DNA of 40,960 nucleotides from a virus (Duplodnaviria; Caudoviricetes), in the IMG/VR virus record IMGVR_UViG_3300044728_000234, positions 1 to 40,960 of that record; one strand, written 5' to 3'. The position numbers were made by a program, and so were the translations under genes. Below, piece by piece: positions 9,001 through 17,227 of the stretch; within the stretch, counting starts at the first letter, position 1, and each line of letters opens with the position of its first letter. The notes beneath the pieces are model-generated. The model saw nothing but the letters and a program-made list of their open reading frames with translations, had not been told where the DNA came from and ran no database searches.

Positions 9001-10622
9001 GGCCGTCCTCCATAGCGTGCGAAGCGGCCGGAGCCGCGGGTCCGTTCGGCCATGCGGGCCAGCGGATGGCTCTTGCGGCCGATGGTGACGACGCGGCCGG
9101 GATTGCCGCTGGTCAGCACGGGCTTCCACTCGCCGGCGCCGATGTTGGCGTACTGGTCGGCGTCATGGATGTGGGAGAAGCGGTTCTTGTTGGGCTTGCT
9201 GTCGTAGAGGCCGGAGCGGATGCCGCCGACCGGCTTGTAGTGGTAGGCGCCGCGGGCGCCGGCGATGTAGGTCTTGCAGGTCGGGCTGACGAGGAAAGCC
9301 GGCCCGTCGGCCGTCACCATGCTCATCAGGGCAGCGGTAGCCTCAATTCTAACCAGCGGATCATTCGTTGGAGCAGCCTTTGCAGGAACCCCGTTAGCCC
9401 GCAGGATCTGGGAAGGAGCGTCATCGCTGGTCTCCTTGAGGTCGTCGCCCGAGGGGTCGCCATAGATGTCGAGCCGGAAGTGCTCCCACTTGAGGCGGAC
9501 CAGCTCGCGCTTGATGGCGAGCGCGAAGGTCTTGGTGGAGACGCCCGAGAGAACAAGTTCATGCAGCAGTCGCATCTGTCCGCCGACCTTCTGCTTGAAG
9601 GCGGCGGCGGGCGTGCGGCCGTAGTCGAGGCCGACGATGATCGGGATGCCCTCGATGGGAGCCAGCCGTTCCCGGGCAACATGGATGGCGTCGTTCCACT
9701 CCTTCTCGTAGACCGCCTTGCCTGCGATCAACGTCGCGTAGCGATTAAGGATGTAGATGTTTATCCACGTCCGGCTTTTGCCGGCGATCATCTGCTTGTA
9801 GTAGGCCTCGCCGAGGATCGGGTTCTCGCGCTCGTCGTTGATCTCGTAGTGGTCGAGCGTGTCGCCTTCGAAGATTTCCAGCATGGCCGGCGGCTGGGTG
9901 AAGAACGACCATGACGGGGGTTTCACATACAGACGCAGTTCTTCCTGGTTCATCCAGTCCGGCGGGTCCACGTCTCCGGCAATGATTGGGATCCAGTGCT
10001 CTTCGCCTGGCGAGTTCGTGTCCATGATGATGCCGGACCATGTCGGCCCGCCCATCGCCGGGTCGGGGTATCGTCCTACGCGGCCCGTGAGGGCGTCGAG
10101 AATATCCTTCTGGACCTCGCGTGCTTCGTTGATCATCGCGCCGGTGACCTCGAGCGACAGCAGCTTCTTGATGTCATCCGGTCGATCGAGCGCCAGAAAG
10201 ATCACTTCAGCGTCGACACGCGTGTTGTCGGGCATCAGGTAATTCAGGTGGTGCACAAATGGCGGTGACCAGCTGAACGAGCCGAGCTGCTCGGGCACCC
10301 AGCGCAACCACGTCTTGACGGTGGTTAATTTAAGTTCCGGGAACGTATTGCGGACGATGACCCAGCGCGTGTAGCGGGTCGCCGATTCCACTTCCCCGGT
10401 CGGGGAATAGACGACGTAGGGCTTCTGCTGCTGGGCGCGTTTGAGGATCTCGTGCACGCACAGCACGGTCTTGCCCGAGCCGAACGGCCCGCGGATGCAG
10501 CGCACAAAGTCGTCGCAGTCCATGAACGCTTGGCCCACAGGCCCCGGCGGATGGAACGTCGCCGGGGGCGGGACAGGCGTGGTGTTGCCCTTGGCCTTGC
10601 GGCCGGCAGGCGAGCGGGCCAT
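8997..10622 (-). CDS. terL: Terminase large subunit, 541 aa
   Basis: Walker A GPFGSGKT, Walker B AMINEA, IIMDTN coupling motif, nuclease GLDYG...DPSG...HIHDADQY. Confidence 0.93.
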   Translation of the reverse strand: MARSPAGRKAKGNTTPVPPPATFHPPGPVGQAFMDCDDFVRCIRGPFGSGKTVLCVHEILKRAQQQKPYVVYSPTGEVESATRYTRWVIVRNTFPELKLTTVKTWLRWVPEQLGSFSWSPPFVHHLNYLMPDNTRVDAEVIFLALDRPDDIKKLLSLEVTGAMINEAREVQKDILDALTGRVGRYPDPAMGGPTWSGIIMDTNSPGEEHWIPIIAGDVDPPDWMNQEELRLYVKPPSWSFFTQPPAMLEIFEGDTLDHYEINDERENPILGEAYYKQMIAGKSRTWINIYILNRYATLIAGKAVYEKEWNDAIHVARERLAPIEGIPIIVGLDYGRTPAAAFKQKVGGQMRLLHELVLSGVSTKTFALAIKRELVRLKWEHFRLDIYGDPSGDDLKETSDDAPSQILRANGVPAKAAPTNDPLVRIEATAALMSMVTADGPAFLVSPTCKTYIAGARGAYHYKPVGGIRSGLYDSKPNKNRFSHIHDADQYANIGAGEWKPVLTSGNPGRVVTIGRKSHPLARMAERTRGSGRFARYGGRP

Positions 10623-11200
10623 TACCCGCGGTAGATTTCGCCAGCCGGCGGATCGGCTTTGACGGCGAGGGCTTCGGGCGGCGGCGGCGCTTCGGGGCCG
10701 ACCACCGCCTGGTAGCGTGCAGTCTCCATCAGGCAGGCCGAGACGATGGCGATCTCCTTCACGTCACTGTCGCCTTCGTCGCCGCCCAGCACGACCTGTT
10801 CCTGCGCGGCCGCAAGGGCTGCATCGAGGCCGGTCCAGTCGAGCGGGTCCATCAGCACGCCATCGAGGCCAAGATGGATGTCCTCGGTGCCGACAATCGT
10901 GTGCAGCTGGGCAACCCGGGCGGTCTCGATCTCGACCATCCTGACCGCATCGGTCCTGAACTGCGCGCCCTCGCCGCCCTTCAGCTTGCGGGCGTCATCG
11001 ACGGTAAAGCCCGGCAGCAGGTCGGTGTCGGCAAGGTGGCGGGGCTGGACGACGACGCTCAGCGCGTCGGGCAGCATGAAACGCTCGGCCCGCAGGCGGC
11101 GCTTCTCGAGCTCCTCCGGCGTCGGCGGCTCGGTCGGCAGCGGGGTCGGTACGGGTACAGGATCAGGATCAGGCTCGTAGTGCGTCTTCTGCTTGGACAT
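10622..11200 (-). CDS. Hypothetical protein, ~192 aa
   Basis: Start ATG 11200 with AGGAG RBS; TAATG overlap with terL. Confidence 0.65.
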   Translation of the reverse strand: MSKQKTHYEPDPDPVPVPTPLPTEPPTPEELEKRRLRAERFMLPDALSVVVQPRHLADTDLLPGFTVDDARKLKGGEGAQFRTDAVRMVEIETARVAQLHTIVGTEDIHLGLDGVLMDPLDWTGLDAALAAAQEQVVLGGDEGDSDVKEIAIVSACLMETARYQAVVGPEAPPPPEALAVKADPPAGEIYRG

Positions 11201-11861
11201 CGAGATCTCCTGTGAGCGACCAGCGCTTGAGCTCGGCCAGCGCTGCGGCAGCCTTCGCAGTATCACCGCGCTCGGCACAATTCAAAGCCTCGATCAGATG
11301 GTCATGCAACTCCTGCACGCCCTTCTTCCTCGGCAGCCCGTCCCGCGTCAGCACGATGCCGCCCTGCATGGCGAGCTGCTTGAGCTCCTCGATGCGCAGC
11401 GCCTCGTCGTTGACCAGCCCGCGCACGGTCTGCCGGAGATAGACCTGCTGCTGCTCGGCAGAGGGGACCTCCTCGGCCAACCGGGCCCGCGCCTCGTCGC
11501 GTGTCGCGGCCGGCTCGAGCGCCGAGACCTCTTTTGCCCGCTTCTGGCGCTTCTCGTTGATGTCGAGGCCCATCGACAGGCGGGCAATCTCGGTGCGCGC
11601 CTCGGCGATCGCCGCCTTGCTCGCACCGGGCTGAACCGGCCCGGTCGTCTCGCCAAGCGCCACCTTCAGAGCCTCGGCACGCTTCTCGGCGTCGCTCTTG
11701 CCCGAAGCAGGCACCTCCTTCTCCCCGTCATCGTACAAAATGCTGCCATCGGGCATCTTCCAGCCCTGCCGAACCCCCAAAGTCACCCGAGCCGCCCCCA
11801 CAACAGGTGGCTCGCCATTGGACATCGGGATCGTCGTCGGAGAAGGTGCCTGCGCCATCAT
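11169..11861 (-). CDS. Hypothetical helical protein, ~230 aa
   Basis: AGGAG RBS; tiles the late operon. Confidence 0.6.
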   Translation of the reverse strand: MMAQAPSPTTIPMSNGEPPVVGAARVTLGVRQGWKMPDGSILYDDGEKEVPASGKSDAEKRAEALKVALGETTGPVQPGASKAAIAEARTEIARLSMGLDINEKRQKRAKEVSALEPAATRDEARARLAEEVPSAEQQQVYLRQTVRGLVNDEALRIEELKQLAMQGGIVLTRDGLPRKKGVQELHDHLIEALNCAERGDTAKAAAALAELKRWSLTGDLDVQAEDALRA

Positions 11862-12148
11862 TCAATCTCCTGGCGCTTCCTGCGCCTGTATTCGGGAGCC
11901 GGATCGGGCGTCGAAGCCGGCTCGCCGAGCTGGCGGCTCTGATATTCGTTGTAAACAGCGTCCATCACGCCCTTGCCGCCAGCGTGGTAGTCCCACTCGT
12001 CAGACTTGGCCTTTCCAGCCTTCGACTGCCGGTCAATCTTCCCGGAATCCTCGGAACTGCCCTCATCGGACGGCAATTCATCCCGGCGCCGGCGCGAAGC
12101 CTGCGGATCACGCCCGGCAGACGGCGAAGACTCGGAATAATAGCTCAT
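11858..12148 (-). CDS. Hypothetical hydrophilic protein, ~96 aa
   Basis: ATG 12148 immediately after the upstream stop; low complexity. Confidence 0.5.
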   Translation of the reverse strand: MSYYSESSPSAGRDPQASRRRRDELPSDEGSSEDSGKIDRQSKAGKAKSDEWDYHAGGKGVMDAVYNEYQSRQLGEPASTPDPAPEYRRRKRQEIE

Positions 12149-12149
12149 G

Positions 12150-12335
12150 TCAGCCACCCTTCTCGTCAACCAGCCGCTTGATCAGCCTCTCAGCCGTCTC
12201 AGGCAGCAAGGATTCAATAATCTGGTCAGCCTCACGGTCATTCTGAAGCTCGACCGGATGATATTTCAGGTGAATACGCCTCACGATTGTACGAAGTCGC
12301 TGCAAATCTACCGGACTTAGATCTACCAGGCGCAA
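12150..12335 (-). CDS. Small hypothetical phage protein, 61 aa
   Basis: TTG start; amphipathic helical sequence LQRLRTIVRRIHLKYHP...EADQIIESL. Confidence 0.55.
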   Translation of the reverse strand: MRLVDLSPVDLQRLRTIVRRIHLKYHPVELQNDREADQIIESLLPETAERLIKRLVDEKGG

Positions 12336-12540
12336 GGGTCACCAAAAATCATATCAAGAACCGTCGGTTGCAATGGGTGCACACCGGGAAATTACTAAAT
12401 CACCTGTGAGAGGGCCTCCCCCGAACCCGAGACCCCCGATTTTAGAGGCACCCCCTCGATCGGTGGGTCGAGAGCGGGTCCCATCTGGAGAGATATATGC
12501 GTGTGTGTGCTGGCTGCCTGCGGCGCTATGACCTTGTTCA

Positions 12541-13065
12541 TCATGGTGTGCGCGGCTTGGCAGCCTCGTTACTGAACGTGAAAGCGTATGAGGCTTGTGA
12601 TGTGGCAGCTACACGCTGCGATTGTCCAAGCCCTGCTCTCTCCATGAGATCCTGTGCTGCCTCGAGTGCCACGCGTGCATCCTTGTGGCTGCACAGTGCC
12701 TCTAATGTTCGCGTTGCCGTTGTGGCCGCGGTGCCAAGCATTGCCCGTGCGAGCCTTGCAATCAGCTCCTGTCCTGAAGGCGAGGCGATGATGTTGTAGG
12801 CGTTGGCCCTGCTCATCTTCAGTTGTCGCGCCAGCGATGCAACATTCTGGTTCGTGTTGACCCGCAGCGTGATGAGGGTGACGGCTGCGTCACCCAGCTG
12901 GCATCCCGGCATTTGCTGGAGTTGAGCATGAGCAACTGCTGTTGCAGTTGCCATTGGGACGATTGGTGTGTCTGGGCCGGCTGGGCGTTTCAGGCGTCTT
13001 TTCTCGCCATTCCTTCGCGGAGATCTCTTCTCTGCTGGTAGAGTGTCGAGAGCAGGTTGCGCCAT
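12541..13065 (-). CDS. Putative terminase small subunit, 174 aa
   Basis: HTH-like NVASLARQLKMSRANAYNII; C-terminal VALEAAQDLMERAG resembling TerS oligomerisation helices; upstream of terL. Confidence 0.6.
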   Translation of the reverse strand: MAQPALDTLPAEKRSPRRNGEKRRLKRPAGPDTPIVPMATATAVAHAQLQQMPGCQLGDAAVTLITLRVNTNQNVASLARQLKMSRANAYNIIASPSGQELIARLARAMLGTAATTATRTLEALCSHKDARVALEAAQDLMERAGLGQSQRVAATSQASYAFTFSNEAAKPRTP

Positions 13066-13283
13066 GGCGTTTGCCTTGGGTCATTGGGGTGCAGCTGTCT
13101 GATCTTTTCTTTGCCGTCTTCTATTCTGCGGGTCAAGGTGCTGATCTCGCTGTAGAAAGCGGCTCTGGTTGCCCAGTTTGGCTTCATTGGGCCGATCGGC
13201 TTGGCAGGCTGTCTGGCTGTGTATGCCCAGCCTGACTGCTTTGTTCGTCTAGCTCTTTCGTAGTTGAGCTTGGCCACAATCAT
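12990..13283 (-). CDS. Basic hypothetical protein, 97 aa
   Basis: First ORF of the minus-strand unit; overlaps the TerS candidate by 76 nt; weak RBS. Confidence 0.4.
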   Translation of the reverse strand: MIVAKLNYERARRTKQSGWAYTARQPAKPIGPMKPNWATRAAFYSEISTLTRRIEDGKEKIRQLHPNDPRQTPWRNLLSTLYQQRRDLREGMARKDA

Positions 13284-13313
13284 TCTGACCTATCATGGAT
13301 TTCTGTGGGATGT

Positions 13314-13331
13314 GAGGTATCTGGATACCTC
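13314..13331. promoter_or_regulatory. Perfect inverted repeat GAGGTATC-TG-GATACCTC, possible operator
   Basis: 8-bp arms with a 2-nt spacer, 30 nt upstream of the first minus-strand ORF. Confidence 0.35.
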
Positions 13332-13480
13332 TCCCCTGTTTTATTTGCTGGGTTCTCGCCCCCGTTGGGGGCGATGCGTTCCTCGCTGCGCTGCGGTACG
13401 CCCAGTCCCGCAGGCGGGCCTGGCTCGGCACAAGGCCTCGGCATGATGCGGGCCTGTGCCCGCGTATGTTGATGAGCGAC

Positions 13481-13963
13481 GCCGTCTCCCGAGAGAGTTC
13501 GGCCCTACCTTGCCCGCGGTGCCCCCAGACCATTGCCATTCGGGTCCATCTCTCATCGAGGCCCTTTGTTCCCGTCGTGCGGGTACGGGTTTGTATGTCG
13601 CCTTGCCGCACGGGCCCAAGAGAGGGCATCCGTCTGGCAGCACCGCAGCGCAGGGTGGATGCGGGTGGCGAGATCGCCGGCCATTGGGGTGCTCTGCCAA
13701 ATCGTTGCGCGCTGCTTCAAGCAACCGGATGTCGCACACTGCGCTGCGCGCTGCCCCGCTACGCGGGTCACCGTATGCAACATCCGCTCGCTTGATGCTG
13801 CCAGCCGGACGCCCTCGGGGCCCTTAACGGCAAGGCGCCATACAAACCCTTACGACCTACGCCGAGAACAAAGGACCTCGCTGAGAGACGGACCCGAACG
13901 ATAGGCATGGCCTAGGGGCACCACAGGCAAGGTAGGTCCGAACTCTCCCTCTTGGGAGACGGC
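13481..13963 (-). repeat. Long imperfect inverted repeat (strand-biased fold-back element)
   Basis: 13481-13642 aligns to the reverse complement of 13796-13963; inner stem 13717-13741/13771-13795; side branch 13645-13715. Confidence 0.92.
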
Positions 13964-14174
13964 TTTCCGAAAGAATCCGACCGATGAGCCCGCCACCTGC
14001 GCTGTGTCAGAGACACGCAGGCGTTGGCCATGCACCGCACATGATCGGACAAAGGCAGCCGAAGATCACACTAACCAGCACCGCCATGACTGCTTGGGCG
14101 AATACGCCCTTCGCATAGCGACCATTCAGCCTCGATCCGACTGTGAACCTTCCATCCAACCTGTGGAGACTACC

Positions 14175-14705
14175 ATGACTGCTTCAACACTGATGACTGT
14201 GCTCGTCTGCGGCGGCCGCGACTACACCGACCGCGAGCGTATCTACAAGCTCCTGACCTTCAACCGCGAGAAGATCGGCGTGATCGTCCACGGCGGAGCA
14301 GCCGGGGCCGACACGCTGGCCGGCGACTGGGCCGCTGCCAACAGCGTCGCCTGCATGCGCGTCCCCGCCGAGTGGGGCAAGTTCGGCAAGAAGGCCGGCT
14401 TCATCCGCAACGAGAAGATGCTCTCGCTCGCCAAGCCCGACCTCGTGGTCGCCTTCCCCGGCGGGGTCGGCACCGCGATGATGGTGCGGCTGGCGAAGCA
14501 GGCCGGCGTGCGGGTGATCGAGGTGCCCGGCCCGACACCCTCCGCTCCCGCGCCTGTGAAGGCGCAGATCGAGGCCAAGAAGCCGGCGATCGCACCGAAG
14601 CGTCCCGTGCGGGCCAACGGCTCGCCCGCCATCCAGCCGTCCCGCGACCAGCTGATCGACCGCAACATCGCAGCCGGCATCGAGCTGGGTGCGATCCCGA
14701 TCTGA
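14175..14705 (+). CDS. SLOG-family protein (YspA/DUF2493-like), 176 aa
   Basis: VLVCGGRDY, IVHGGAAGADTLA, AGFIRNEKML, VVAFPGGVGTAMMV; start at ATG after the repeat RBS. Confidence 0.85.
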   Translation: MTASTLMTVLVCGGRDYTDRERIYKLLTFNREKIGVIVHGGAAGADTLAGDWAAANSVACMRVPAEWGKFGKKAGFIRNEKMLSLAKPDLVVAFPGGVGTAMMVRLAKQAGVRVIEVPGPTPSAPAPVKAQIEAKKPAIAPKRPVRANGSPAIQPSRDQLIDRNIAAGIELGAIPI

Positions 14706-14772
14706 ACGGCGAGGGGCACCCGAGAGGGTGCCCCAGCCTCATCTGACTTCTTTCCAACCTGTGGAGAATGTG

Positions 14773-14958
14773 ATGTTTGACCGCAAGACCTTGGAGCTGT
14801 TCGAGCAGCTCGCCCGCCCGATGCACGCCATCGCCGCGCAGATGCGCGACGACGGCTGCGACCGCGACATGATCGAGCGCATGTACCAGCGCGAGATCAG
14901 GGGCCTCCCGGCCCACCTCCAGCGCGACTTCTGCGCCTACATGGACGAGCCGGGCTAG
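14773..14958 (+). CDS. Hypothetical early protein, 61 aa
   Basis: ATG after repeat motif; genome-typical codon usage. Confidence 0.7.
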   Translation: MFDRKTLELFEQLARPMHAIAAQMRDDGCDRDMIERMYQREIRGLPAHLQRDFCAYMDEPG

Positions 14959-15009
14959 CGCCCAGCCTCGTCCCTGACTGTGACTTCCTTCCAACCTGTG
15001 GAGCTACCA

Positions 15010-15441
15010 ATGCTGACCGTCGACATGATCCTCGCCATGAGCGAGCAAGAGCTGCGTGCCAACTACACCAAGGCCGACCTCGTGGCCTGCATCACCAACG
15101 CCGGGACGTTCCTCGCCCTGGCCGAGGCTGACCTCTGCCAGACAGTGCCCGACGACGATCAGGACATCGACGTCGAGATGGAGAGCGAGGGTGTCGATGC
15201 CTGCACCGACCTGTCCGAGCTTGAGAACCGCTTCGATGCCATCAACGCGCAGGCCAACAACCTGCGCTGGCAGCTCGACATGGCCTCGCGCATGTTCGCC
15301 GAGGCACCTGCCGACCTGCCTGCGGCAGATCGCCAGATGATCGCCGACGAGCTGCAGCACGGCTACGCCGAGCTGGCGCTAGTCGACGCCGAGATCGACG
15401 ACCTCGAGCGCGAGATCGCCGACCACATCAAGTATTCCTGA
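15010..15441 (+). CDS. Highly acidic coiled-coil early protein, 143 aa
   Basis: ATG after repeat motif; Asp/Glu-rich. Confidence 0.75.
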   Translation: MLTVDMILAMSEQELRANYTKADLVACITNAGTFLALAEADLCQTVPDDDQDIDVEMESEGVDACTDLSELENRFDAINAQANNLRWQLDMASRMFAEAPADLPAADRQMIADELQHGYAELALVDAEIDDLEREIADHIKYS

Positions 15442-15461
15442 TCCAACCTGTGGAGACCGAC

Positions 15462-15701
15462 ATGACTGACGACTTCTTCAACTCCTTCCAGCTGCAGCCC
15501 AGCATCAAGCACGACGGTTGGTTCATTTGGTCAGGCGACGTCAAGCTCGAGATCAGGCCGGTGTCTGACGAGCTGCACTGGCTGCTGACCATGCGCGACG
15601 TCGAGGAGCCGCTGGGCGCTGGGACGTGCAGGAGCCGAGGCGGCGCGCTGCGTGCCGCCAGCCGCTGCATGGAGCGTCAGCTCGACGACAACTGCCGCTG
15701 A
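15462..15701 (+). CDS. Hypothetical early protein, 79 aa
   Basis: ATG after repeat motif. Confidence 0.7.
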   Translation: MTDDFFNSFQLQPSIKHDGWFIWSGDVKLEIRPVSDELHWLLTMRDVEEPLGAGTCRSRGGALRAASRCMERQLDDNCR

Positions 15702-15768
15702 GGATGAGAGGGGCGGCCAAGAGGCCGCCCCAGCCTCGTCAATGATTTCCAACCTGTAGGAGACTCTC

Positions 15769-16038
15769 ATGGAAACTCTGGCTCTTGTCGGCGGCGTGCT
15801 CGCCGCCATCGTGTTCGTGTCCGAGCGGCTGGCCTTCGCCATCATGCTCTACATGCTGATCAGCTGGGTGTGGCGAGCGACCGCCCTGCCCCGCGCCCTC
15901 ATCGCCCGCGCACTGCGCTGGCTCGAGCGCGAGGTGCTGACCTTCGTCGGCCAGATCAAATGGGTGCGCGAGGCGGTGCAGTACTGGTGGATGATGCGCA
16001 CCCTGCGTCGCCAGTTTGCCGTCGGTGCGACACCCTGA
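15769..16038 (+). CDS. Membrane protein, 89 aa
   Basis: Hydrophobic N-terminal ~35 aa then Arg-rich tail; ATG after repeat motif. Confidence 0.7.
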   Translation: METLALVGGVLAAIVFVSERLAFAIMLYMLISWVWRATALPRALIARALRWLEREVLTFVGQIKWVREAVQYWWMMRTLRRQFAVGATP

Positions 16039-16122
16039 GGATGAGGGCGGCCTGGCGGCCGCCCAGCCTCGCCCATGCGTTGCGTAGCGTAAGCGTACTC
16101 ACTTCAACCTGTGGAGACTACA

Positions 16123-17226
16123 ATGACGACTGCTATGACCGTTGCCATGACGGAGGCTTACTTCGCCAAGCCTCCGGAGAGCGATATCATGATCATCGCC
16201 GACGGCGTCGAGGTGCTCGCCTCGCCCAACCCGTGGCGCTGGGACAAGGCCTTCGGCCTGTTCATCAACGAGCGCACCGGCGAGGGCCGCCTGCCGACCG
16301 GCGAGAACCGCCCGGTCGACAAGTCGGGCTACAACGCCAGCGTCGGCGAGATCAACGCCGACGTCTACGTCCATCAGGTCGACGCCCGCGAGCGCGAGGG
16401 CGGCATCGGCCTCGAGGGCGACGTCGCCAAGATCATCTACGTCGACGGCGTATCGCGCCGTCTGCGGGGCGACGGCGCACAGTGGAGGCTGGCGCAGAGC
16501 CACCTCAAGCGCGACGAGCAGGCTCGCCGGATGAAGAAGTTTCATCCGTCGATGACCGACGTGAAGCCGGCGGATTTCATCTCCGCCGAGGACCGGGCGA
16601 GGTTCCACGAGGAGGCCAAGAACATCATGGCCCAGCTGTGCAACCTGACCCGGTTCCTGCCGAGGTGCGAGATCATGGCCGTGAAGCAGCCGACGAGGCT
16701 TCTCGAGATGGTCGAGCGCGAGATGTGGTCGATCGAAGGTGCCAATCGCGAGAAGACCGCCGCGATTGCCGCCGAGTACCGCGCCACCGGCGGCGGCGTG
16801 CCCGAGATCCACTCGAGCCAGATCCACCGCCTGCAGCAGCAGAAGCAGGGCTTCAGCTTCCAGTACGCCTACTGCCAGATGCTGTTCGCCGCATGGCGCG
16901 AGAGCTACGACGAGATCATGACCGAGCATGAGGGCCTCGCGACCTCGCTGCCCGGTGCCGAGTTCGACGGCAATACGTGGAACTACGTCAAACTCCGCGA
17001 CCGTGTCGAGCGTCGCAAGAAGCTCGCCAAGGAGACCGACCGGGCGTGGCAGACGCAGAAGGCCATGCTGCTCAAGCTGTCCATGCAGGACTACCACAAG
17101 TGGTTGTATGGACGGACGACCTACGAGCCTCGTCAGGGAGGCGTGGACGCGGTCGAAGCGACGCCACAGGTGGCGCAGCCGATGACGGGTTGGGAGATCG
17201 ACTCCGACCCCGTCGATCGGGAGTAG
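16123..17226 (+). CDS. Hypothetical early protein, 367 aa
   Basis: ATG after repeat motif; strong GC3 bias; no family recognised. Confidence 0.8.
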   Translation: MTTAMTVAMTEAYFAKPPESDIMIIADGVEVLASPNPWRWDKAFGLFINERTGEGRLPTGENRPVDKSGYNASVGEINADVYVHQVDAREREGGIGLEGDVAKIIYVDGVSRRLRGDGAQWRLAQSHLKRDEQARRMKKFHPSMTDVKPADFISAEDRARFHEEAKNIMAQLCNLTRFLPRCEIMAVKQPTRLLEMVEREMWSIEGANREKTAAIAAEYRATGGGVPEIHSSQIHRLQQQKQGFSFQYAYCQMLFAAWRESYDEIMTEHEGLATSLPGAEFDGNTWNYVKLRDRVERRKKLAKETDRAWQTQKAMLLKLSMQDYHKWLYGRTTYEPRQGGVDAVEATPQVAQPMTGWEIDSDPVDRE

Positions 17227-17227
17227 A

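Larger units (their letters stand above)
14127..16117 (+). repeat. Six dispersed copies of the start-associated motif (C/T)CAACCTGT(A)GGAG(A)
   Basis: Copies at 14156, 14754, 14991, 15443, 15749 and 16104, each 5-6 nt before an ATG; five are preceded by CAGCCTC. Confidence 0.92.

Noticed and set aside
13481-13963. IS/MITE ends or protelomerase site
   Set aside because: No transposase, protelomerase or target duplication; mismatches are non-random rather than decayed
13469-13990. Hammerhead ribozyme suggested by GATGAG (twice) and GAAA
   Set aside because: Neither site has the CUGAUGA core, and stems I-III could not be built
13249-14035. Several overlapping ORFs, two with similar peptides (EFGPTLP...SGPSL.E.LCSRR)
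   Set aside because: The similarity is a by-product of the inverted repeat; no RBS or codon bias
14713-16064. Leader hairpins as intrinsic terminators
   Set aside because: No U-tract on either side; they are followed by AGCCTC
14156-16117. CRISPR array or integron interpretation of the repeated motif
   Set aside because: Repeats are ~14 nt, spacers are whole genes of 240-600 nt, and there are no cas genes, integrase or attC GTT/AAC ends
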